Part shown: piece by piece, positions 56,199 through 64,000 of the stretch
Position numbering within the stretch: the stretch's first letter is position 1
Layout: each line of letters begins with the position of its first letter
Origin: Acidimicrobiaceae bacterium
GTDB taxonomy: Bacteria > Actinomycetota > Acidimicrobiia > Acidimicrobiales > Aldehydirespiratoraceae
Assembly: GCA_018699415.1 (NCBI GenBank)
Contig: JABIQM010000238.1
Span: 1,719-65,718, forward strand
Direction: 5' to 3'
Length of the DNA stretch: 64,000 nucleotides
Translations under genes and position numbers: made by a program
The notes under the pieces: model-generated
Told to the model about the DNA's origin: nothing
Databases searched by the model: none
What the model saw: only the letters and a program-made list of their open reading frames with translations

Positions 56199-57325
56199 TG
56201 GTTGACCATTGCGTTGATTGCTCCTTGGAGACGGTTGGTAAGGACGTCGTAACTGAACTCCACCTCTGCTCGCCGGCGACCAGCTGCGCCCATGGCGTGG
56301 CGTCGGTTCGGGTCGTCGAGCAAATCCGCAATGGCCTGTGCCGCTGCGTGATGATCCTCGGGGTCATCCACAATCAACCCAGTCTCATCGTGGGCCACAG
56401 CCTCATGAGCTCCCCCACTACGGCCGGCGACCTGAGCAACACCACACGATGCTGACTCGACGAAGACAATGCCGAAGCCTTCCTGTTCGAGCCCACCCCA
56501 GCGGCTTCGGCAGAGCATCGAGAAGACATCGGCGCTTGCGTAGAGGTCAGGGATGTCGTCATCACTCACCCGACCAAGAAGCGTGACTGGAGCATCAAGG
56601 TCATCGATGAGCTTGCGGAGATCGGCTTCATGGCGACCGGTGCCTGCGATGGCGAACTGCACGTCGGGCTGGCGCCGCTGCACTTCCACCGAGGCGCGAA
56701 TGAGCGTGACCATGCCTTTGCGAGGAACCAAGCGGGAAACCGACAGCACCAGCGGCGCATCCCTGTCGAGGCCCAGCCGAGTTCGGACGGCTCGGCGAGC
56801 TTCGGGTTCGATCGGCCGGAAGCGTTCGGTGTCGACACCAGGGGGGATAATCGTGGTTGGCAGCCGTTGACCCAACGAACGCTCACCCTCGTCTGCTGGG
56901 TAGCCGCCGGCAGCAACGACGCCCACCGCTCCGCGTAAGACCCGGTTGAGAAGTTGACGGCTAACCGGGAGACGTCCCGGGATCGTGACCTCAGCGCCGT
57001 GGAGCACCACGCCGTAGGGCAGATCAAGATGCGGGCCGATCAGCCCTGCAGGGACTGCGGGGTCGATGATGACCACCTCTGCCTCGCACTCCCGAGCAAG
57101 CGCGTTCACCCGACGGATCAGGACTGGTTGCGGCAGCAGCCATGGCTCACGGCTACGAACGATCGTGTAGGCCTGGCTGGCATCCCATTCATCGGTGCCG
57201 GCATAGGGGGTGGTGTGCACGACCACGTCGTCGGCGGGGAGACGGCGCCACAACTCCCAAAGATAGTTCTGGATGCCGCCGATCTTGGGCGGGAAGTCGT
57301 TGGTGACGAGAAGGTGGCGAGCCAT
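56195..57325 (-). CDS. GT4-family glycosyltransferase, PimB-like mannosyltransferase
   Basis: LLVTNDFPPKIGGIQNYLWEL resembles my recollection of the mycobacterial PimB' (Rv2188c) N-terminus. The GT4 EX7E region is EGFGIVFVESASCG. Confidence 0.7.
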   Translation of the reverse strand: MARHLLVTNDFPPKIGGIQNYLWELWRRLPADDVVVHTTPYAGTDEWDASQAYTIVRSREPWLLPQPVLIRRVNALARECEAEVVIIDPAVPAGLIGPHLDLPYGVVLHGAEVTIPGRLPVSRQLLNRVLRGAVGVVAAGGYPADEGERSLGQRLPTTIIPPGVDTERFRPIEPEARRAVRTRLGLDRDAPLVLSVSRLVPRKGMVTLIRASVEVQRRQPDVQFAIAGTGRHEADLRKLIDDLDAPVTLLGRVSDDDIPDLYASADVFSMLCRSRWGGLEQEGFGIVFVESASCGVAQVAGRSGGAHEAVAHDETGLIVDDPEDHHAAAQAIADLLDDPNRRHAMGAAGRRRAEVEFSYDVLTNRLQGAINAMVNQ

Positions 57326-57336
57326 CGGCGACGACC

Positions 57337-58452
57337 CTAGGGGCGAGCGAGCTCGACGAGAACGTCAGCGTCGGTGTCGTCGGCGACGATGTCTAGCAAA
57401 TGTGCGAGGCCGAGGGCTCTTGCGGCCCACACTGCATGGGCTCGCACCATCGCAGACCGGTGGCGCAGATGGGTTTCGATGACTGCGCCTGTTCGTGGCG
57501 TTGCTCGATGTTGCTCGGCGTTGGCAAGCGCCAGAAGAGCGTTGCGACGCAGATAGTTCGGCTCCCGCTTCGGGATGTACCACCGGCCGTATCGATCAAG
57601 GATTTCTGAGTCGTCGGCCTCGAGAAGATCGAGGAGCGGAACCCAAGCTCCAGCGGCACCTGCGTTCGATGGACGGCGTTGGCGGATCTGGTTCGGTGGA
57701 CATACGTCCTGACACTCGTCGCAGCCATAGATGCGATCACCGAGAGCGGCTCGGTATTCGACGGGGAAAATCCCCTCGTCCTGGACAAGCCATGCGAGGC
57801 AACGTCGTGCATCAATCACCCCAGGAGCGATGATGGCTCCAGTCGGGCAACCGTCGAGACACTTCGTGCAGCTTGAGCACCCATCTGCGATGTGTGGAGC
57901 ATCCGCTAGTTCAATCGGCGCGTCGGTCAGTACCGACCCGAGCACCACGAGACTTCCCACGCCGGGAACGAGGATGTTGGTGCTCTTGCCCCACCAACCA
58001 ATCCCAGCCCGGTAGGCGGCACCCCGGTCGACCAAATGGTTCTGGTCAGCTAGCACAACAGCCTGATAACCCTCTTGCCTCAGGGGCTGGGCGATTTCTT
58101 CAAGTGCGACGCGAAGGGTGGCGTAGTGATCTTCCCACGAGTACGCCGCCACCCGTCCAAGCGGCTGGTCTTGTGGCGGATCTGGCCGCTGCCGCTGATA
58201 GTCGTAGGCGCCGACGATCAGACGCTGACCCCCAGGAAGCGTTCGTTGTGGATTCGTAGACCGCGCCGGGTTGCGATAGGTGAACTGCATTCTGGCGTGA
58301 AGACCCTGGTCACGTCGAGCCTCAATCGTGGCCTGGATTTCTGGGAATGGATCAGACGCGCATACGCCGACAGCACACAGCCCGGCTTGAAGTCCGAGCG
58401 TTCGGAGATCCTCAACTGACGCAACCACCCTGCCATGATGCGCATCAGGCAA
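57337..58452 (-). CDS. queG: tRNA epoxyqueuosine(34) reductase
   Basis: Two ferredoxin-type clusters (CSSCTKCLDGCPTGA, CDECQDVCPPN) and a HEAT-like C-terminus. Confidence 0.8.
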   Translation of the reverse strand: MPDAHHGRVVASVEDLRTLGLQAGLCAVGVCASDPFPEIQATIEARRDQGLHARMQFTYRNPARSTNPQRTLPGGQRLIVGAYDYQRQRPDPPQDQPLGRVAAYSWEDHYATLRVALEEIAQPLRQEGYQAVVLADQNHLVDRGAAYRAGIGWWGKSTNILVPGVGSLVVLGSVLTDAPIELADAPHIADGCSSCTKCLDGCPTGAIIAPGVIDARRCLAWLVQDEGIFPVEYRAALGDRIYGCDECQDVCPPNQIRQRRPSNAGAAGAWVPLLDLLEADDSEILDRYGRWYIPKREPNYLRRNALLALANAEQHRATPRTGAVIETHLRHRSAMVRAHAVWAARALGLAHLLDIVADDTDADVLVELARP

Positions 58453-58467
58453 GCCAGAACGGCGGAT

Positions 58468-58713
58468 TTATCCAACATCGCGGCTTCGGAACCGCGATGG
58501 GGGGACCAGACCAGCGTCGGCAAGGAGATCGATGGCATGGCGCTCATCGTCATCGAACATCACGGGGGTTCCCGGTTCGCGTTCGATCAGATAACTGACA
58601 ACGCAGTCATCGCAGGCATCGGTGAACTGCACCACGCATTCCTCACAGTCGATGGTGAGGGCGAGGTTCTCGACCGATTCGGGGACGAGGCTGAGATGGG
58701 AAGATCGGGCCAT
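58468..58713 (-). CDS. hypothetical small Cys-containing protein
   Basis: 81 aa with CEEC-x7-CDDC (two CxxC pairs). It lies 15 nt downstream of queG on the same strand. Confidence 0.45.
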   Translation of the reverse strand: MARSSHLSLVPESVENLALTIDCEECVVQFTDACDDCVVSYLIEREPGTPVMFDDDERHAIDLLADAGLVPPSRFRSRDVG

Positions 58714-58833
58714 GAGTCAGACACTACGGATGGCGTATGACAGTCCCGAACTGACCCGTCCACCGCCGGACTCGCGACACCGACCTGATGAGTTGGAGAC
58801 GTGAGCGGCCCACTTGGATGCAATGCTCTAGCC

Positions 58834-59667
58834 ATGAGAGTTCTCTTGCTTCATCCAGGGGCCATGGGCAGTTCGCTGGGCGCAGTGCTCATCACCAATG
58901 GTCATGAGGTTCGTTGGGTCGCCGCAGATCGTAGCGATTCCACGCACCAGCGAGCCAAGGCCGATGGTTTCGCTGCCATGGATGACATCGCAACAGGGGT
59001 CATGGGTGCGGAAGTCGTCTTGTCTGTTTGTCCACCCGAATTTGCTGGCGATGTCGCTCACCAAGTCGCAGATGCCGGCTTCACAGGACTGTTCGTTGAT
59101 GCCAATGCGGTGTCACCAGATTCGGCGCGGGGGGCTGCATCGACCATCGCTGGTGCCGGAGCCACGATGGTCGATGGGGGCATCATTGGGCCACCAGTGC
59201 GAGGCGGTGCCCGAAATCTGTTGTATCTGTCGGGAGACGCAAACGACGTAGCCACTGTCGCCAGGCTGTTCGACGGCACACCCGTAGAGACGGTCGTGCT
59301 CGATGCGCCAATCGGCGGAGCCTCAGCAACAAAGATGGCGTTCGCCGGTTGGACGAAGGGATCCTCGGCTCTTTTGCTCGCGGTACGAGCAATGGCCACG
59401 GCCGAGGGCGTCACGGAGGGACTCGACCACGCATGGCAGACCATGCTTCCTCACCTGTCTGAACAACTCCGACGCGCCGCTGTCGGGTCTGCTCCCAAGG
59501 CCTGGCGATTTGAGGCAGAGATGCGAGAGATCGCCGCCACGCTGGATTCCGTCGGCCTGCCAGCCGGTTTCCATGAAGCAGCTGCCGACGTCTACGCCCG
59601 GCTGGCCGAGTTTCGTGACAGTACCGACGTCAACCCCGATGAGGTGATCGAGCGACTCACACATTGA
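58834..59667 (+). CDS. NAD(P)-binding oxidoreductase (6-phosphogluconate dehydrogenase-like N-domain)
   Basis: N-terminal Rossmann-type segment (MRVLLLHPGAMGSSLG) and a helical C-terminal half. Confidence 0.55.
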   Translation: MRVLLLHPGAMGSSLGAVLITNGHEVRWVAADRSDSTHQRAKADGFAAMDDIATGVMGAEVVLSVCPPEFAGDVAHQVADAGFTGLFVDANAVSPDSARGAASTIAGAGATMVDGGIIGPPVRGGARNLLYLSGDANDVATVARLFDGTPVETVVLDAPIGGASATKMAFAGWTKGSSALLLAVRAMATAEGVTEGLDHAWQTMLPHLSEQLRRAAVGSAPKAWRFEAEMREIAATLDSVGLPAGFHEAAADVYARLAEFRDSTDVNPDEVIERLTH

Positions 59668-59725
59668 GCGATCTCGTCCGATGAGCTCTTGACGACGAAC
59701 ATTCGTTCGGTCACAGTAGACAACC

Positions 59726-61432
59726 TTGACCAGACACGCATTTGCGGCTCCTGTCGCCACCCAAACGCCGAATACGCTTCCTCCCAGTCAGCGCACACTT
59801 GATGACCTGGGCACGGCGTTGCACGAGGTCACGTTCGTGGTGATTGACCTCGAGACCACGGGCGGCAGCGCCAACGATTGCTACATCACCGAGATCGGTG
59901 CCGTGAAACTGCAGGGCGGCGAGTGCCTTGGCACCTATCAAACACTGGTCGATCCGGGTTGTGCCATTCCGCCTCAGATCACGATCATCACCGGAATCAC
60001 CCAGTCGATGGTGATGCGGGCACCACGTATTGAGACGGTTCTCCCCTCGCTCATCGACTTCATCGGCGATGCTGTTGTGGTGGGCCACAACGTGAGGTTC
60101 GACGTGTCCTTTGTCAACGCCGCGCTCGTGAGGGATCAGCGGCCGCGACTCGCCAACGTCACCGTCGACACGCTCTCGCTTGCGCGCCGTCTCATTGGGC
60201 CCGAGGTTCCCAACTGCAAGCTGGGCACGCTGGCAGACCGTCTACGTCTCTGCCACCGGCCAAGCCATCGAGCGCTCGACGACGCTCTCGCTACCGGCGA
60301 CTTGCTGCACGTTCTGCTCGAACGAGTGGGGGCACTCGGCGTCACCGGACTCGATGACCTGGTGGCACTTCCAAAGATGGCCGGCAACGCACAGGCTCAG
60401 AAGCTCCGACTGACCGACAAGCTTCCGCGCGCCCCCGGCGTCTACCTATTCAAGGGACGTAACGGCGAAGTGCTCTATGTCGGCAAGGCCTCGAATTTGC
60501 GTTCCCGGGTTCGGAGCTACTTCTCTACTGATCAACGTCGGAAGGTCGCACAACTCCTTCGTGAGTTTCATCACATCGATCATCGGGTCTGTCGAAACGG
60601 CCTCGAAGCCGCAGTGCTCGAGATCAGGCTGATCCACGAACACCTACCGCGCTTCAACAGCCAGGGCACCCGAAGCGCCGCCTACCCTTACATCAAACTC
60701 ACGCTTGGCGAGCGATTTCCTCGGCTATCAGTGGTACGGCAGGTTCGTGACGATGGAGGTCTCTATCTGGGTCCGGTTTCATCGGCAAAACGAGCGCGTC
60801 GGGTCATCGAGGCCATCGAGACGGCAATTCCAGTCCGTCGTTGCACCAAGCCATCCACCAAAACCTGCAAAGGGTCGACATGCACATCGGCTCAGCTCGG
60901 TGTGGCGGCGTGTCCGTGCTCCGGCTTCACCTCCGAGGACGATTACCGCCATGTCGTCGAAGATCTGGTCGAGGGGCTCACGGTCCGGCCTGGCACACTC
61001 CTGGCCCCACTTGAGCAGCGAATCGGAGAACTCGCCGCCGAGGAGCGCTACGAGGAGGCTGCTGATGTTCGCGATCGAGCCGAAGCGTTGTCGGCGATCT
61101 TGCAGCGCCAACGGCACTTCGACCGTGTCCGCCGGGCGGGCCATGTGCGGCTCAGGGTCGGCAACGCGTGGGCAGAATTCGACGACGGGCTCCTCTCAGC
61201 CTGCGGAGCCATTGGGGACACACCATCCTTGCTCGCCGGTGGGAAAGGAGTGCCGGAAGACAGCAACGTCCACGGTCCCCTGGCAGCACCCTCTCGAAGC
61301 CAGGCCGACGAGCTTCTTTGTATCGCTCAATGGCTGGACAAGAACGCCAGTCGTGTCGAGCTCGATGCCGTAACCGGCGTGTTGGCTGAGCCGCTCCCGC
61401 GCCTGCGTTCGTTCGCCCCGGCGAAGCCCTGA
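59726..61432 (+). CDS. DEDD 3'-5' exonuclease domain fused to GIY-YIG (UvrC-like) nuclease domain
   Basis: Exo motifs (VVIDLETTG, VVGHNVRFD, HRALDDA), then GVYLFKGRNGEVLYVGKASNLRSRVRSYF. The architecture and the adjacent trpD recall M. tuberculosis Rv2191-Rv2192c. TTG start, uncertain. Confidence 0.8.
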   Translation: MTRHAFAAPVATQTPNTLPPSQRTLDDLGTALHEVTFVVIDLETTGGSANDCYITEIGAVKLQGGECLGTYQTLVDPGCAIPPQITIITGITQSMVMRAPRIETVLPSLIDFIGDAVVVGHNVRFDVSFVNAALVRDQRPRLANVTVDTLSLARRLIGPEVPNCKLGTLADRLRLCHRPSHRALDDALATGDLLHVLLERVGALGVTGLDDLVALPKMAGNAQAQKLRLTDKLPRAPGVYLFKGRNGEVLYVGKASNLRSRVRSYFSTDQRRKVAQLLREFHHIDHRVCRNGLEAAVLEIRLIHEHLPRFNSQGTRSAAYPYIKLTLGERFPRLSVVRQVRDDGGLYLGPVSSAKRARRVIEAIETAIPVRRCTKPSTKTCKGSTCTSAQLGVAACPCSGFTSEDDYRHVVEDLVEGLTVRPGTLLAPLEQRIGELAAEERYEEAADVRDRAEALSAILQRQRHFDRVRRAGHVRLRVGNAWAEFDDGLLSACGAIGDTPSLLAGGKGVPEDSNVHGPLAAPSRSQADELLCIAQWLDKNASRVELDAVTGVLAEPLPRLRSFAPAKP

Positions 61433-62467
61433 TCAGCCGGCCGCCACCAGCTGGTCGAGTTTTGCTTTGGCTCGACCCTCATCGATCGACGCGAACGCCA
61501 TAACGATACCCGCTTCAAGATCGTCGGCCAGCCCGGCCACGACGAGACCGGCGGCCGCGTTAAGCGCCACGATTCCGCGAGCGGGAATGTCAGCTCCGGC
61601 AAAGAGTTCAGTCGTGATGACGGCGTTGGCGACCGCGTCGCCGCCGGCTAAGTCGGCATCGGTAACCCGTGTCAACCCGAGATCCACAGCGTCGATCTCA
61701 TACTCTGTAATCGAGTCGCCATCGACGGACACGACCTTGGATAGCCCCGTCGTGGTCAACTCGTCGAGCGAGCCTTCGCCATGGACAACCAACGCTCGGA
61801 TCGAGCCCGTCGCTTGGAGCACCTCCGCCATCCTTCGTGCGATGCTCCAGTCGGCGGTGCCGATCACCTGACGACGAACACAGCCCGGATTCGATAGCGG
61901 ACCCAAGATATTGAACACTGTTGGGATGCCGAGCTCGGCTCGTACAGGACCTACATGGCGCATTGAGGGGTGGTGAGCTCGGGCGAAGACGAAGCCAAGA
62001 CCGATGTCTCGGATTCGGTCCGAGAGCTCATCCGGCGACAGGTCAAAGTTGATATCGAGCTCGGCCAGAAGATCGAAGCTGCCAGAAGTAGACGAAGCTT
62101 TCAGATTTCCATGTTTACAGATGGTGGCGCCCGCGCCAGCAGCCACGAACGAGGCCATCGTCGACACGTTCAAAGCGTGTGAGCGACGACTCGGGGCGCC
62201 GCCTGCACCCACGATGTCGATTGTGTCTTCCGGCACGGCGACAGGGACGACGACGTCCATCATTGCCGCCTGCATGCCGATCATCTCGTCGACGGTCTCA
62301 CCTTTGATCCGCAAGCCCACAATGAAGGCCGCGATCTGCGCATCGCTTGCCTCCCCGGCGAGCATCGAGCTGAGAACGGCACGGCACTCGTCGGCGCTGA
62401 GGTCGTTGCCGTTGGCAAGCCGCCCGAGCACGGTGGGCCATCCGCCCACATTGTCGATTGCGCTCAT
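61433..62467 (-). CDS. trpD: anthranilate phosphoribosyltransferase
   Basis: DIVGAGG, NILGPLSNP, VVHGEGSLDE and an N-terminal helical domain. Confidence 0.85.
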   Translation of the reverse strand: MSAIDNVGGWPTVLGRLANGNDLSADECRAVLSSMLAGEASDAQIAAFIVGLRIKGETVDEMIGMQAAMMDVVVPVAVPEDTIDIVGAGGAPSRRSHALNVSTMASFVAAGAGATICKHGNLKASSTSGSFDLLAELDINFDLSPDELSDRIRDIGLGFVFARAHHPSMRHVGPVRAELGIPTVFNILGPLSNPGCVRRQVIGTADWSIARRMAEVLQATGSIRALVVHGEGSLDELTTTGLSKVVSVDGDSITEYEIDAVDLGLTRVTDADLAGGDAVANAVITTELFAGADIPARGIVALNAAAGLVVAGLADDLEAGIVMAFASIDEGRAKAKLDQLVAAG

Positions 62468-62477
62468 CAGTCCTCCG

Positions 62478-62879
62478 TTACCGTAGGCCGTTGATGGCTA
62501 CGGTTAGCCGTTGTTGGTGATCGTGCTGGGCATCGGCGAGCTTGTCCAACCATGCACCGACCTCGTCAAGTTCTTCGTCTCGGGCAGTGGCAGCCATGCT
62601 CCGAAACTTCGCGGCAGCCGGTCCACGCCCCTCATGAATGTGAGCTAACGCAACCGCTGCATCGCTCAGCCCGTCGGCGTCCTCAACAAGGAAGTCCACC
62701 AAACCAGTAGCGAGGCCGGTCTCTCGATCAGCAAGAGCCCGTAACGCAACAGCAGCCTCAGGTTGACCCTCGACATCGGCATGTTCGGCGAGTTGACGAG
62801 CGAGCATCACTGTGGTGGCGGCCGAAGCCAGGCCCTCCCACAGATTCGTCATCGTCTCAGTGCCGACGAGCTCATGCAT
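62478..62879 (-). CDS. hypothetical helical protein, weakly rubrerythrin/ferritin-like
   Basis: TNLWEGLASAATTVMLARQLAEHADVEGQPEAAVALRALADRET resembles the rubrerythrin helix-pair pattern, but the metal ligands are mostly replaced. Confidence 0.4.
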   Translation of the reverse strand: MHELVGTETMTNLWEGLASAATTVMLARQLAEHADVEGQPEAAVALRALADRETGLATGLVDFLVEDADGLSDAAVALAHIHEGRGPAAAKFRSMAATARDEELDEVGAWLDKLADAQHDHQQRLTVAINGLR

Positions 62880-62903
62880 CGGCGATACTCTAGGCGCCCT
62901 GTG

Positions 62904-63296
62904 ATGAGCGCCCTCGATAGTTCCGTCATTCTCCGAGGCGTCTCGCGCAGTCTCATTGGCATCGTGCCCGCGATCGTGATGCTCCTAGTACTCGGAGACA
63001 AGGACAACTACGGCACCGAACAGTCCAACTGGGTGTACGTCGCGCTTGTTCTGATCGTGCTGGGTTTCATCATCGGTGGAGCCGTCGCTGGCCGCAGTGC
63101 GCCAGAGGCACCGTTCATGCACGGGGCGGCAGCGGCATTCATTGCCTGGGGCGTCCCCCAGATCATCAGCGTCATCGTGAATATGGCTCAAGATGACGGC
63201 GTCAACATTGTTGGCTTGTTCTTCAACGGACTTCTCGCAGCATCGATTGGCGTGGTCGGTGCCGGGATCGGCATTCGCCGCGGCACACTGGACGAT

Positions 63297-63320
<24 letters not shown>
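62904..63320 (+). CDS. integral membrane protein, hypothetical
   Basis: 138 aa with four hydrophobic spans. The ATG at 62904 avoids overlap with the convergently numbered upstream ORF. Confidence 0.5.
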
Positions 63321-63661
<341 letters not shown>

Positions 63662-63672
63662 ACCAACCAAAA

Positions 63673-63689
63673 CCCTTGCAAACAAAGGG
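63673..63689 (-). terminator. weak hairpin followed by U-tract (minus strand)
   Basis: The minus strand reads CCCTTtgtttgcAAGGG followed by TTTTGGTTGG. The stem is only 5 bp. Confidence 0.25.
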
Positions 63690-64000
63690 AAATATAAACG
63701 CAAGAGCCTGCCGGCTGTCGAGCTGTGGAACACACATGGAACATCAGGATCGAGGTTTTGGCACCCAGTCACGGCTCACAGGGTTCTGCAGACGGGCATC
63801 TTGACTTCGTAGTTGAGCCTCGAGACACAACTCGACGAGAGCACTGGCGCGAAGTTCGTACCGGCGACCGCATTTCTTTGGATGACATCCGAAGAAATGC
63901 TTGCCCGTGGTTTTGTCGTACCTGTGGGAGCAACTATCCCCGGTATCGAGCACCGATGCCCAACCATTAGCGAGGTACCAGTGCGGCACACGCCCCAACC

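Overview
GC-rich window that looks like core chromosome of an actinobacterium (Actinomycetota). Supporting gene content: mtrA-mtrB plus a lipoprotein, sepF, divIVA, bpa, a polyprenol-phosphate mannose synthase, a PimB-like glycosyltransferase, DUF3040, and trpD next to a DEDD/GIY-YIG exonuclease.

Gene order:
- 28-4699 (-): purC, purQ and a purL carrying two PurS-like modules.
- 4826-8566 (+): hrpA.
- 8548-11362 (-): desaturase, then three small genes downstream of dnaE.
- 11441-14995 (-): dnaE.
- 15151-18245: bpa, an alkaline-phosphatase-family gene, an Rrf2 regulator and an RluD-type pseudouridine synthase.
- 18263-37346 (-): a complete division and cell-wall (dcw) block. It runs mraZ, rsmH, ftsL, ftsI, murE, mraY, murD, ftsW, murG, murC, murB, ftsQ, ftsZ, pgeF, yggS, sepF, yggT, divIVA, then a DksA-like gene.
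- 37614-39918 (-): a ROK / small ORF / HNH / lipoyl-ligase-like operon.
- 40045-44536 (+): MoxR, DUF58 and a transglutaminase.
- 44558-63320: DUF3040, dinB, a Nudix hydrolase, an XRE protein, ppm1-like, an inositol monophosphatase, mtrAB plus a GerMN lipoprotein, pfk, glpK, SRPBCC, the PimB-like GT4, queG, the DEDD/GIY-YIG exonuclease, trpD and small unknowns.
- 63297-63661 (+): RNase P RNA.

I saw no mobile element, CRISPR array, tRNA/rRNA or recognisable defence island, so I cannot point to an obvious novel multi-gene system.

The observations most worth a second look are non-coding or architectural:
1. A 22-bp-stem structured RNA with a mutually exclusive alternative helix in the mraZ-rsmH spacer.
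2. Three same-orientation DnaA boxes at 12-bp phasing just upstream of dnaE.
3. murF is missing from an otherwise tightly coupled dcw operon.
4. A PurS-PurS-PurL fusion with no free purS.
5. A DksA/TraR-like protein that has lost its zinc-finger cysteines and gained a Lys/Ala-rich tail.
6. A very short GerMN-only lipoprotein in the lpqB position.
7. An unassigned segment of visibly lower GC after rnpB.

All functional calls rest on motif recognition by eye in the supplied translations. No database search was run.
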